In this document: positions 43,587-54,982 of the stretch, one piece after another
Position numbering within the stretch: the first letter of the stretch is position 1
How the letters are laid out: each line of letters opens with the position of its first letter
Assembly: GCA_977018835.1 (NCBI GenBank)
Contig: OZ361259.1
Span: 3,038,001 to 3,102,000 of the forward strand
Source: Minutocellus sp. GHC0000111
Taxonomy: Eukaryota
DNA length: 64,000 nucleotides
Direction of reading: 5' to 3'
Translations under genes and position numbers: made by a program
Notes under the pieces: generated by a model
Database searches by the model: none
The model's input: only the letters and a program-made list of their open reading frames with translations
What the model was told of the DNA's origin: nothing

Positions 43587-46500
43587 ATGGACGACCTCCT
43601 GGCAGAAGTCGGCGGCGGTGACTCGGGCATTGGCCTCAACATTGTTTGTGATGCCCCTGCTGCCTCCAGCACGGCCGGTCATGGTGGCGGTGGCCTCAAC
43701 AAGCGACGAAAGAAGAACAAGTACGAGAGACGCAGGGCCAAGGCTCGGCAGGCAAAGGAGGAGGAGGAACGGGAGAAGTTGATGTCCTTTGCTCCGAAAT
43801 TTGGGGGCGATGTCAAGGCAAAGGTTGCGGAGAAGGCGACCAAAGCACTGCCTTCAGCGGCAGATGAAGACAAAACAGTGCCTGTCGAAGAAGACGAAGT
43901 GTCGAGCGATGCTGACGCAAATGAGGACGAAGCACAAGACGACATTGAGGTTGGTCAATCAAAGAGCGAAACTGGAGCGAACGATAACAACGACGATGAT
44001 AGTGTTGGCGACGCCTCTTCGGAAGAAGCTAGCGAAGACAGAAGTGAGGACGAAGATGAAGGCGATGGTCCAGCGCCATCCGCCTCGTCTCCTGTCAGTG
44101 ATGCTCCTCAAAAGCTTTCCCGCCGAGTGCACGACGCTACCCTCCTAGAGGACGAGCGCAAGCGTGCCGATTACATGGCGACTTTCCACGCCCGTCCTCA
44201 CGAGATTGATCGGCGATCCAATGCCAGCGGTCGCATCAAGGAGAGCCGAGCGAGTAATCACATCTTTGAGGCCGATGACGAAGATGATGATGAAAAAGTA
44301 GGCAGCAGTTCCAGCGACTGCAACATTAGTGAGGATGGTGCCGGTGAGAATGATGAGGCCATGGACCTGGACGACAAACAAGAGGACGAAGATACAGCAC
44401 CAAAGTGCCCGTTCGAGGCCATTGGTTTGCATCCACGTCTAGCCAATGCTGTTTCGTCAGAACGAGGATTTGGCTACGACAGACCAACCATTATTCAGAC
44501 CAATGCGGCGAGGGCATTGATATCCACCAACAAGAATGGAGGGAAGAAGAAGAAATCAAAGGCCTCTTCAAGCGACAAATTGCCCAATTTATTCGTACAA
44601 AGCGAGACTGGCAGTGGAAAGACTCTTGCTTATTTGTTGCCCATCGTTCAGGTATGTATCTCTGCGTGCTCTGATTGCAAATGTCCACTTCGAATTTTGT
44701 ATGTTTGGTGTGTTTCAATCTCAATGACAGCACAATTTATGGTTAAGACCAGAAGCGATTGGTTGGTCTGGATTGGTTGAGCCTGATATATTTTGGGTTC
44801 CCAAGGCAGTGCCATCCAAGACATTATGTTGAAAATGTTTTGTTCTGGAGAGATTACTTTGTTGCATGAGGCGACAAGGATACTGTTCGACCCATCTATC
44901 TATTCTCACCCGTAGCTTGCTTATTCCACCTCTCATCAAAACACATAGTCTCTCGCTGTGGACAGCACAACAAATGATCTCAAGAAGGTAGATAGACAGA
45001 TTGGAGGTACGAGATGCATTATCCTTTGCCCTACCCGCGAGCTCGCCACACAAACAGCAACGATGGCTGAGAAGCTTTGTCTCAAATCCTTCAATTTGTT
45101 AGTTCCTGGGTGCTTATCCGGCGGCGAGAAGCGAAAGAGCGAGAAGGCTCGGCTAAGGAAAGGCATCTCTATCCTGGTTGCGACTCCGGGACGACTGTTG
45201 GATCACATCACCAAGACGGATTGTCTCCTCATGTCGCTCAAGGGCAAATTAGAGTGGTTAGTATTGGACGAGGCCGACCGCCTTTTGGATATGGGTCTAG
45301 GAGGTCAAGTCGAGACAATTGTACAGCACATCCGAGCCAATCAGCCCCGCAGCGGTGTCAGACGCGATGGAATCACTTGGCGTTCTGTGCTCGTATCTGC
45401 GACGGTTACCCCAAAAATTGAGGACCTTGCAAAAAAGAGTCTTGGTGGCGATACTTGGGTATGGGCAAGGGCGAAGAAGGGCAAGGGCAGCGGACTGGAC
45501 ACCGACGAGGGCGGCAACGAATTGGCCCACTCGGCCCCGAAACAGCTGGCACAGTTGCATTTGACTTGTAAAGCCAAGCTGCGTTTGCCAACGCTCGTCG
45601 CCTTCCTTACCGCTCGGGTGCAAAAGGGTGAACGAATTGTTGTGTTCATGTCCACCTGCGACGGTGTCGAGTTTTATCACTCGCTCTTTTCCAAGATGGG
45701 ATTTATTTTGCCCCGAGACAATGACAAAGACGATGGAAATAGCGACAGAGACGGTATCTTTGGAGATGCATGCTCCATGTTTCGGCTTCATGGCAACGTC
45801 CCACACGCCGAGCGTCAGACAATCCTCAAGAAATTCGGAACTACTTCCAAGAAGGCCTCTATTTTGTTCGCAACTGATGTTGCGGCCAGAGGCCTGAATC
45901 TTCCAGGCCTGGATTGGATTGTTCAGTACGATGCACCCTGCGAGACTGCAGACTATGTCCACCGGGCTGGCCGAGCGGCACGAGCTGGTAAGGCCGGCCA
46001 TGCGCTACTATTTTTGCTTCCATCCGAGAAGCAGTTCCTGGAGGTCCTTGAGATTCGAGGTATGAAAGAAATTTCTGCTCTATCCCTCTCGGCAACACTC
46101 AATGGAGCTGCTGACATTTGTGGCGACTTACCGCTGAGGGTGTCAAGCGATCGGGCGGCGGTTATGGATCGGGTAGTGGTAGCCGTCACGGTGAAGCATT
46201 CGCCGCCGCCATCCAAAATAAGCTCGAAGAATGCATCGTCGAGGACGAAGCAACCTACAAGGACAATCTGCGCAAGTCATTGGAACAGCGAAAGACCAAG
46301 GGAGCCAACAAGATCTTGAAGAATGCTATCGGCGAGCTGCACGAGGCGGCGATCAAGGCCTATTCGGCCCACATTAGGTCCTACCCCGCCAAGGAAAAGG
46401 CCGTTCGTCACATTTTTAGTCCCCGAGCCCTCCATCTGGGCCACGTTGCTCGCTCATTCGCCCTCAAGGAACAGCCAAAGGCCCTCAGCGGCAAACGCCG

Positions 46501-46869
46501 TGCTGCAGAAGGCTCCGATGACGAGGATGAAGAGATTCTCAAGTCGACTGGTCGGAAGCGCAATGCCCGTCTTGCATTTGGCGGCAAAGGCAAGCAGAGT
46601 GATGACGGGAATGGCAAGGAAGCTGCCGATAAGGCAGCAGGTGGCGGTAACAAAAAGGCCAAGAAAAAGAAGAGCCTCGTAGAATCATCTGATATCGCCG
46701 CTCTCGAAGACATTATGAAGGGCACAAAAAGAAGAAGGGCAAATCCAGTAACAAGGCGAACGACTTCGGTTTTAGTTATGGCGATAAACAATCGGCCAGA
46801 GCTAATCAAAAGAAGATGCTTGCCATGGCGCAAAGAATGCAGGGAAGTGGTTTGTCAGAATTCTTTTAG
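43587..46869 (+). CDS. DBP7: DEAD-box RNA helicase DBP7/DDX31-like; intron 44652-44948; apparent frameshifts near 46125 and 46730
   Basis: SETGSGKT, PTRELA, GGEKRKSEKARLRKG, TPGRLLDH, DEADRLLD, SAT, TDVAARGL, YVHRAGRAAR and LHLGHVARSFALKE. An alternative frame ends GLSEFF*. Confidence 0.92.
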
Positions 46870-46962
46870 TTTCTAAAGGTAGTGGTGGAACATTCGTTAT
46901 GTAATCTTATACTAGTACGTAAGAGAGTGATACCGATCTTCGTTCTAAGGCCTGGGAGATCT

Positions 46963-48795
46963 CTAGTTCTTCAGTGGCTTGACCGAAGCATATGTCTTGT
47001 ATGCTCCACTGAGGTTGTAAACATCGTCAAATCCATTTTGTGAAAGAATCCTACAGGCATAGTAAGCCCTCTGCCCACTTGCGCAACTGACAATGATTTT
47101 CTTGGCGTCTCTGGGGACCTCATTGATACGTCCTCGGAGATCATTGAGAGGAATATTGATCGCACATGGAACGAGTTCTCCCGAGCTCTCGATCTCACCG
47201 GGGCCGCGCACGTCAAGGACGACAATACCCTCTTCTTGGCAACAGGCGTCAAGGTCCTTCCAGTCCACGATGCTAACGAGCCCATCAATAATATTCTGGG
47301 CAGCCATGCCTGCCATGTTGACGGGATCTTTTGCAGAACCGACTGGAGGCGCGTAACACAGCTCCAATTCTGCGAGATCGTCGACCTTTAGACCTCCCTG
47401 GATGGCGGTAGAGATGACATCGATTCGCTTCTCAACTCCATCTTCACCAACTGCTTGTGCACCATAGACAGTGCCATCCTCAGGGTTGAATAATTGATGC
47501 TTCGGGCGCCAGGGAAGTAGCCGGCATGACTACCAGGATGGACGTGAATGGCCGCGTGGGGTAGGCCCTTGTTTTTCAGCATCTTTTCGTTGATACCGAC
47601 GCACGCAGCCATGAGATCAAAGACGCGCACGACAGAGGCAGCATATGTCCCCTTGTACTTGCGGTGCTTTCCACAGATGTTGTCGGCGACCATTCGGCCC
47701 TGACGATTGGCAGGACCGGCAAGTGGTACCGCCCACATCTCGTCGCCACCAAGAATAGGATTGCGAACTTCCACGGCGTCACCAACGGCCCATACGTTCT
47801 CTACTGAGGTCCTGAGCTCTTCATCGACGACGATATGACCCCGCTTGGTGACCTCGATGCCAGCATTGGCGGCAACCTTGGTATCAGGGCGGACGCCCAT
47901 ACCCAGGATTGTAATCTGAGCGGGAGGAAGGGATCTACCGGACTTGAGCTTGACGATGGTGCTATCGACATTGTCATTGGCGGGGGTGAATTCTGAAATG
48001 GCATCGCCGGTGATGACAGAGACGTCCCGCCTCTCGAGATCCTTTTGCAGGATGGCGGCCATCTCAGGGTCCAGAGGGCCCAGAATCTGTGGGAGCATCT
48101 CAACAATGGAGACCTGCATTCCACGCTTCATCAGCTGCTCGACCATTTCTAGACCAACGAAGCCTGCACCGGCGACGACGCAGTGCATATCATTGCCATC
48201 AGGCATTTCACTCTGCTTCTCGAGGATGTGCTTCACGATATTGTCCATATCGTCGAGATTTCGTAGGGCAAAGAGACCAGGGCGATTAATACCACCAATA
48301 GGCGGCTTGAATGGTTCCGCGCCAACGGCTAGGACAAGGTCGTCGTATGCGGCCGTGAGGATTTCACCAGACTTTTCATCTTCGGCAATGATGGTCTTGG
48401 CCTTGGTATCGATGTTCGTCGGTGACGCGAACATCAATGTTGAGGCGAGCCTTGAGACTGGCCGGAGTCTGGACAGACATTTTACCACGGTCAGTGATCT
48501 CGCCACCGATGAAATAGGGCATGCCGCACGAGGCGAAGGACACATCCGGTCCAGATTGAAGAAGGAGAATCTCGGCCTTTTCTACGATGTGCAATGTGGT
48601 GATCGGAGGAACAAACAGTAAGTCGATGGCATGGGCGGATGAGACGGAAGATCTTCTTATTGCTGGCATTCATCAAAAGTAGCCTACGCGAAAGCAACAC
48701 ATGTCACAGATCAAAGACGTACCATTGAGTCTTCTGAGGCGGGCTGCGGCACTGGCGCCACCAGCAACGCCACCAACAACGATGATCTTCACCAT
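46963..48795 (-). CDS. CoA-disulfide reductase/NADH oxidase-family flavoprotein with C-terminal rhodanese domain; intron 48582-48722; apparent frameshifts near 48420 and 47495
   Basis: IIVVGGVAGGASAAARLRRL, SFASCGMPY (redox Cys), GAGFVGLEM, WAVGDAVE, LAGPANRQGR, HAGYFPGA, ELCYAPP, and rhodanese LDVR..CASGQRAY. Confidence 0.92.
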
Positions 48796-49092
48796 GATTG
48801 AGTTATTGAGCTTGTTTTTGGTTTTGAGCGTTACGTATGATTGGTTTTGATTTGGGGGTTCGGTTTATGAGTTTCTCCGCGTTTGGCTCCAGGCAGGAAC
48901 GCTTTCGAGGCAGATGGAAGCGCAAAAGGCCCTCGGCGAATCTCTGACGTACGTACTGCATTCGAGTACGTAGCAAAAAGATACGCCGTGGGCAGGAAAG
49001 AGAAGCCATGATGGTTGGTGATATGATGGGCAATTACATGATAGGATCCACCTTTGTCAGTAACATATACTGCTATTGGTACTCACTATCTT

Positions 49093-50556
49093 ATGCCTCT
49101 CTGCGGTCTCCTCATAGCAGTCATAATCGTGCCTACCACCTGCTTTTCTCCCAGCAACCTTCGCACCATCACCACCGTCACCACCACTTCCAACCTCCAA
49201 ATGGTTGGCCTCAAGTCCAAGTATGACTTTGCGCGGGGCCACCCAAATCCCTCCCTCCTTCCAACTATGGAAATGAAGGAGATCATGCAATCAGTGGTCA
49301 ATGACGCAGCAGGGTCAGGTGTTGGCAGTGATGGGTGTGATGACGAGAACGACAAAAGCACGCTGTGCCTTAATTATGGTCACGAGAAGGGGAGCCCGGA
49401 ACTTCTCAGCGAGCTACGTTCTTTTCTTGATCGGCACACCGCAAATGACGACATCGGTGATGCCAAGCTCGACGACTCAAAACACAACTCACAATTCATT
49501 ACGCACGGGGTTTCCCAAGGAATTGATCTGATATGTTCGACCCAGTTAGCTCCGGGAGATGTTGTATGGGTTGAGCGCCCGACTTACTTTCTTGTTGCCG
49601 ACATATTTCGATCACATCGGCTGGTAGTTCGAGGCATGCCGATGGTTCATCCAAACAACAACGGAGGCACTGGTGGTATAGATGTGAAACGAATGGTGGA
49701 AATGGTCGAAAGTGGACAGCTATCACCGCCGAAAATGATGTATCTCGTCCCAACTCATCAAAACCCAACTGGGCACACCATGCCGGTGGAAGATCGAATA
49801 TTGCTGGCGAAATTTGCAAATAAGCACGGTGTACTCGTGGTGGCTGACGAGGTCTACCATCTTTTAGACTGGCGGGATGAAAATGTGGACGGCCAACGGC
49901 CCGCAAGAATGGCCGAGTTCAACAAGATGGATTCAAGTGACGGAGGTGATGCGACCGGTTCTACCAGTACTGGATGCTGCATTTCAGTCTCGTCTTTTAC
50001 AAAAATCTTCGCACCAGGAGTGAGATGCGGTTGGATTGAGGCTCCAGATCGCATTGTCCAATCGATTGCTCAGCTCGGATATATTCAATCGCAAGGGGGC
50101 TTGGCTCCATTTGTTGGAGATCTCATTATGTGCAGAGCACTTGTCGACCGGATTGCAGACAATTACCTGAAGAAGCTCAACAAGGAATACGCCGACCGGG
50201 CCCGTAAGATTTGCGCCATTTTACGGGAGGAAGAAAGAATTGTCCTCCCCAACGGTTGTCCTACTGGAGGTTACTTTTTATGGGTAAGGTTTCCACAAGA
50301 CGTCAACAGCGAGGAGTTCTTAGAATTTTGTGTTGACCACGGCACTGATGTTCGCTTTCGACCTGGAGCCCTATGTGACGCATTTGCCAATCATTTGGAC
50401 GGAGAGGAACAGATCTCAAACGACGAGGCAAGTGGCGTCGCATCGACCTCTTTCCAATCTTATGCCAGACTTTGTTTTGCCGATCTAGACACAAGAGATC
50501 TTGAAGACGGTAGCAGAGAACTGGTGAAAGCTTTCAAAATGTACATGGATAGATAG
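49093..50556 (+). CDS. PLP-dependent class I/II aminotransferase (2-aminoadipate/aromatic type), probable bipartite plastid presequence
   Basis: FARGHP, ERPTY, HQNPTG, ADEVY, SSFTKIFAPGVRCGW and GGYFLW. Signal peptide ends TTC-FSP and is followed by a Thr/Ser-rich transit-like stretch. Confidence 0.9.
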   Translation: MPLCGLLIAVIIVPTTCFSPSNLRTITTVTTTSNLQMVGLKSKYDFARGHPNPSLLPTMEMKEIMQSVVNDAAGSGVGSDGCDDENDKSTLCLNYGHEKGSPELLSELRSFLDRHTANDDIGDAKLDDSKHNSQFITHGVSQGIDLICSTQLAPGDVVWVERPTYFLVADIFRSHRLVVRGMPMVHPNNNGGTGGIDVKRMVEMVESGQLSPPKMMYLVPTHQNPTGHTMPVEDRILLAKFANKHGVLVVADEVYHLLDWRDENVDGQRPARMAEFNKMDSSDGGDATGSTSTGCCISVSSFTKIFAPGVRCGWIEAPDRIVQSIAQLGYIQSQGGLAPFVGDLIMCRALVDRIADNYLKKLNKEYADRARKICAILREEERIVLPNGCPTGGYFLWVRFPQDVNSEEFLEFCVDHGTDVRFRPGALCDAFANHLDGEEQISNDEASGVASTSFQSYARLCFADLDTRDLEDGSRELVKAFKMYMDR

Positions 50557-50601
50557 TTTTAAGATATTTATATCGAACGATAAATATGATCTACCCAATA
50601 C

Positions 50602-50907
50602 TCAAGATAAGTCTTGACGAACGACATCGCTCTTGCCACTTGGGGCGCCTTCTACCGCCTTGGCATCGCAGTATTCTCTGCATGTTTGCTCACAATATGG
50701 CTTGTTGACAGCACCTGGTGCAATGATGCTGCATTCTTTTACACACGGGCCAAAGCAATCATCAGCAGCGTTGGCTGCTGCAACTGGCAGACCAGCGGTG
50801 GTTGCAGCTGCTACCGCTAGTGAAAGCCAAGCCCGACGGGATACCTGATGTCCACCAAAAGAAGAAACGCAAATAATCAGCGCTGCAAAAACACACAAAG
50901 TTCTCAT
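50602..50907 (-). CDS. Small Cys-rich protein, probably thylakoid-lumenal (signal peptide + F motif + twin-Arg + AxA)
   Basis: MRTLCVFAALIICVSS-F, SRRAWL, AANA-ADD, then a Cx3Cx3C-x12-Cx3Cx3C mature domain. Confidence 0.7.
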   Translation of the reverse strand: MRTLCVFAALIICVSSFGGHQVSRRAWLSLAVAAATTAGLPVAAANAADDCFGPCVKECSIIAPGAVNKPYCEQTCREYCDAKAVEGAPSGKSDVVRQDLS

Positions 50908-51361
50908 AGCGCGGATGGAGCGAGAGGGAACCATCATCGATCGTCACAACTTCCGCACGCCACTCAACTGGCGTTTCATACCACAGGCAGCAGCGGCATG
51001 TGAGTTCTTCCGACGATGACGCTGTCAATACACTCCTCTTTTACAAACAAATTCTAATTTTAGAGCAATAACCAAAGAAAAAGAGTGCTCAGAGATCCGC
51101 GCTCAAAGATCTCCTCGCCAACATTCAAGTCATGGATCGAATCGAATCCCAGAACGATCTGTCGATGGTCAATCCCAGCAAGATGGCGCAAGTGAACGTT
51201 TTAGCCGTGCCCGGGCATGCTAGAGCCTGGCACCTGCGAGGCATTATTGCTCTCCATAAGCACGAACGGTCACATCGCTAAAGTTGCCGAAGAACGATTG
51301 ATGCATCGCTACGTGTAGCTACTTTGTAACGTCGCGGTACTGGCCTTTGTTCGAGTCTACA

Positions 51362-52426
51362 ATGATTTCATCAGAGGATTTCATCGAAACGCCTACTTGC
51401 ACTACAATCACCACAATGGAATACGCCGATGTTGTGTCTCCATCCGCTAACTTTTCGGACTCTTCGACCTCGACTTCATCGACTTCATCCAACATGATCA
51501 ACCTCACTATGCGCTGCAAAGCAAATACAGAATTCTTCGCCGAAGACACCGAAGACATTTGTGATATTTGTGATCGAGTGCAAGTAATGCTCACGCAGGA
51601 AAGCACGACCTACAAAATTGGCATAATAAATGATGACGGCTCAAACAATGAACGATCAAACCCAAGACGGTCGATAATGGTAGACTGGAGCTTCCATCTT
51701 GTCGATCATTTCAATCTCGACCGAGAAATCGTCGAGGTTGCCTTTTCATATCTCGATCGATTCGTGGACCGATGCTCTACGGATGATGCAGCGTTCAAAC
51801 TTGCTTGCATGACCTGCTTGTACATCGCCTCGAAGAATGTCGGGCCAAAGTATATTCCTCTCAAGTCTCTCTCGGAGCTATCGGAAGGAGAATTCGATGT
51901 TCAGAATTTTATTGACATGGAAATGTGCATTCTCAAGGCACTCGACTGGCGTGTTCAGCCACCCACCACACGAGCATTCATTGAGCTCTTCCTTGCATTC
52001 CTACCAAGCAACAAAGTTGCCATGAAGCAAGCTTTGAGCCGTCGAGCGACCTTCTATTCAGAGCTTTCGCTCTTTGACTACAACTTTGCCCTCGAGACGC
52101 AATCACTACTCGCACTGTCTTCGATTTTGAATGCCATTGAAGATATTTACCCCAAGATCATGTCTGAGGTCATCACCCGCAAATTCAAGGGAGAGCTCAT
52201 GTTTGCCTTGAAACTAGGCCATGCAGATTCCCAAGTCAACGCATCTATGCGCCGCCTCTCCAAGTTGTACAGGGACAGCGAACAGCATCGATTATACGAG
52301 GCAAATAAATTGCACCTACTTGGAATGGCAGCTGAAAAATTTGCCGGCTCACGTGGCCGTACCTTTTCGAAGGATTCAGTCAGTAGTGAACCAAATAGTT
52401 CCCCGGTTTCCGTATATGTGCTATGA
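51362..52426 (+). CDS. Cyclin (diatom-specific cyclin type)
   Basis: RSIMVDWSFHLVDHFNLDREIVEVAFSYLDRF, FKLACMTCLYIASK and MEMCILKALDWRVQPPT. Confidence 0.92.
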   Translation: MISSEDFIETPTCTTITTMEYADVVSPSANFSDSSTSTSSTSSNMINLTMRCKANTEFFAEDTEDICDICDRVQVMLTQESTTYKIGIINDDGSNNERSNPRRSIMVDWSFHLVDHFNLDREIVEVAFSYLDRFVDRCSTDDAAFKLACMTCLYIASKNVGPKYIPLKSLSELSEGEFDVQNFIDMEMCILKALDWRVQPPTTRAFIELFLAFLPSNKVAMKQALSRRATFYSELSLFDYNFALETQSLLALSSILNAIEDIYPKIMSEVITRKFKGELMFALKLGHADSQVNASMRRLSKLYRDSEQHRLYEANKLHLLGMAAEKFAGSRGRTFSKDSVSSEPNSSPVSVYVL

Positions 52427-52505
52427 TTGTATGTGTCATGTGAATATGTATTCCATTATGGTGTTACGGGGAAAAGACTACTGATATAAAATAAACTTAG
52501 ATGTC

Positions 52506-53411
52506 CTACTCGCCCTTTTTTGAGGTACTGTTTTGATTTTGAATCTGATCACCTGGCGCATGCAATCGAAGCACATTGTGGTACGAGAATCGGCTTAAGA
52601 GGATACTCAGTCGTCGGTACCATACAAACTGAGAATGATGGGCTGCCATGGCTCTCCAAATCAGAAGGGGTCGAAACATTCTGCAGTTCCACGTAGTAGA
52701 TCTTGCGTCAAAGCTTGGTACTTCAATGTACCGCAACCTCTTGGAATGACTGTCACAACCATCATCCTCACAAGAGCCGTCGATAACATTTAACTCTAGG
52801 AATGAGTATATCACTCCCCATATGCAGCCAACCAACATGGGAATCCACTCCACGAAGGGACAATACTTCTTCAGTGGATTTGTTATGCTGCTCAGCTCCC
52901 AAACACATACCGAAACATTCACGTTATTGTGTATTTTTCGCGATGTATCTCTGGATGCCATGTATCGCACACCTTTACAGACATCGATATGGTTCGGATG
53001 ACTCGATACTCCCCTCTCATCGAATGTAATGATTGCAACGTTGCAGCCACTGCGGTCCTTGGTTGCTGTGCCCGATGTTGCGTCCCCCGGTTGAAGAATG
53101 CGACTTATTTCACTCCACACCGCACGCGATATGTCATCTGCCTCCCAAACTTCCTTCGGCCCATCTTGAAATTGCCCAACGTCCAAGCAAGTGACATGGT
53201 TGCGGGCTGGACTGATGCCCAGTACCTCCACCGCTCTCACAAGTTCAACCTCACGTGTCTTTCCCAACCCATCGTAATTCCCATTGCTTAGACAGAGAAT
53301 GTGAACAGATTGTTGTTGACTCAGGAGCTCGCAAATGGTCGGGGAGAAGAACATAGACTCATCGTCGGGATGGGCCACCACAAGGAGGTAGAAGTCCGGT
53401 TGGCAAGGCAT
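52506..53411 (-). CDS. PIGL: GlcNAc-PI de-N-acetylase (PIG-L)
   Basis: VVAHPDDESMFFSPTI, LCLSNGNYDGLGKTR, ITFDERGVSSHPNH and AMAAHHSQFVWYRRL. Confidence 0.92.
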   Translation of the reverse strand: MPCQPDFYLLVVAHPDDESMFFSPTICELLSQQQSVHILCLSNGNYDGLGKTREVELVRAVEVLGISPARNHVTCLDVGQFQDGPKEVWEADDISRAVWSEISRILQPGDATSGTATKDRSGCNVAIITFDERGVSSHPNHIDVCKGVRYMASRDTSRKIHNNVNVSVCVWELSSITNPLKKYCPFVEWIPMLVGCIWGVIYSFLELNVIDGSCEDDGCDSHSKRLRYIEVPSFDARSTTWNCRMFRPLLIWRAMAAHHSQFVWYRRLSILLSRFSYHNVLRLHAPGDQIQNQNSTSKKGE

Positions 53412-53656
53412 CTTTCACTACTGATGAGTGATGAGTGATGAGTGGACGGACCGGCATCGCGGCTCGCTGCTACTCGCGCTCATCCACTCATCCCGACCCT
53501 TCCACACCTCGCGTTAGGGAGATTGGTCTGACCGTTAGTTGTTTTTGCGAGCAGGCCAGGTGGCCAGGTGGCCACCACCAGCCAGGTGCTCAGTCGTCGG
53601 AGCCGATTCAAAAAGGAAATCAAACACACCAGCACTTACTTTAGACCTACTGCTCT

Positions 53657-54862
53657 CTAATAGATGCGAATTCCAGGACTACTCTCCCCGAGATCCACAA
53701 AGAATTCATCAAATGAACTCCACATCTCCATTGCGTCTTCCCTGGCCTTGATTGGATCCAAATTGTTGAAGACAAAGGGTCCGATCCCCCCCAAACCTTT
53801 CTCACGTGCAAATTTATATTTGTCACGCAAAGAAATAGGGTCATCGAACCAATACTGATACACCGTATCGTCACCATCTTGATTGGGTTCAATGGAATTG
53901 AAGTATGGATCTCCTGTGTTAGGATCTCGTCGAAGACCACCGCTAATGTCTGGGTCCGTGCGTTGTAGAACCTCACGCATTCTCGCGTAACCCACCTCAA
54001 CCCCAGCAGCATCACTGCAATTTACGCCTCGAAAGGGAACCTGCTTTATCGGACAGTATACGGCATCAGTCGACGTTCCCGGAAGACATGGATAACGATA
54101 CCCATACCACGGCAAGCCAAAAACCAATTTCGACGGAGATATTCCTAGGTCAAGATATCTTTCGATTCCTCGCACCATTCCTGGAAAAGGTGCATTCGGA
54201 CCGGCGATGCACTGGCTGTCAAAGATTTGAGAACGTGTATCATAGTCCATCACATAAAGTAGGTCTGAAGCCTCAGCGAATTCAGCATATGGATATCCCC
54301 TCCCATCGATGTTATCTGGAGACCACGCGACGCATGTGGATATCTGAAGACTTGGATTGGCTGCGTGAAAGGCATCTCTCGTTTCGGAAATGAGGAAGGA
54401 ATACGTCCTGGCTTGGACAGACCCCACCTTCAACGGCGACTCGTAGTCAAATACGATTCCATCGCGATACGTGTCTTGGACGAGCGCCAGTGCATTTTCA
54501 ATCCATTCTTTACGTTGCTTCTTTAGGAAAAGAGCATCCAGATCAATTGATGGTGCGCCGATGACTGCTCTGGCTCCATGTTCATGTGCCAGACACATAA
54601 CATCATCCTGACTTGCCCACGCCACAGTTGTGACGTGCGTCCAATTCATATCCTTCCCCGGTCCAAGGACCGAGGAGTTTGTCCAGCTGCCATAGAATCC
54701 AAACAGCTCACCGCCAGGTTTCACAGGCGGCCCTGCTATCGGAAGGCACAGGCTTTCATCCGAACAAGGGCACTTGCTGGGCTCACTCGCCCAGACAGGC
54801 AGGATGGCGACACCAAGGAGTGCGATTTGATGAAGGGCGGGGGAGAGGTGGGTCATCGTCAT
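53657..54862 (-). CDS. Secreted GH18 di-N-acetylchitobiase (CTBS-like)
   Basis: Signal peptide, CPCSDESLCLPI, WTHVTTVAW, DGIVFDYE catalytic motif, LYVMDYD, LVFGLPWYGY, CSDAAG and QYWFDDPISL. Confidence 0.9.
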   Translation of the reverse strand: MTMTHLSPALHQIALLGVAILPVWASEPSKCPCSDESLCLPIAGPPVKPGGELFGFYGSWTNSSVLGPGKDMNWTHVTTVAWASQDDVMCLAHEHGARAVIGAPSIDLDALFLKKQRKEWIENALALVQDTYRDGIVFDYESPLKVGSVQARTYSFLISETRDAFHAANPSLQISTCVAWSPDNIDGRGYPYAEFAEASDLLYVMDYDTRSQIFDSQCIAGPNAPFPGMVRGIERYLDLGISPSKLVFGLPWYGYRYPCLPGTSTDAVYCPIKQVPFRGVNCSDAAGVEVGYARMREVLQRTDPDISGGLRRDPNTGDPYFNSIEPNQDGDDTVYQYWFDDPISLRDKYKFAREKGLGGIGPFVFNNLDPIKAREDAMEMWSSFDEFFVDLGESSPGIRIY

Positions 54863-54982
54863 GCTCGTATCTTGATTTATTTGTGAGTCGAGTCGGCGCC
54901 ATCGGCGAAGTTGCCTTTGTCGGCGAAGCGTTGGTTGGCCCCCGCTTGGCAGTACCGCCACACCGCCCTCCACCTGCCGTCG

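Noticed and set aside
53421..53500. Hammerhead ribozyme suggested by CTGATGAG
   Set aside because: No correctly placed GAAA or three-stem arrangement; the motif belongs to a short tandem repeat.
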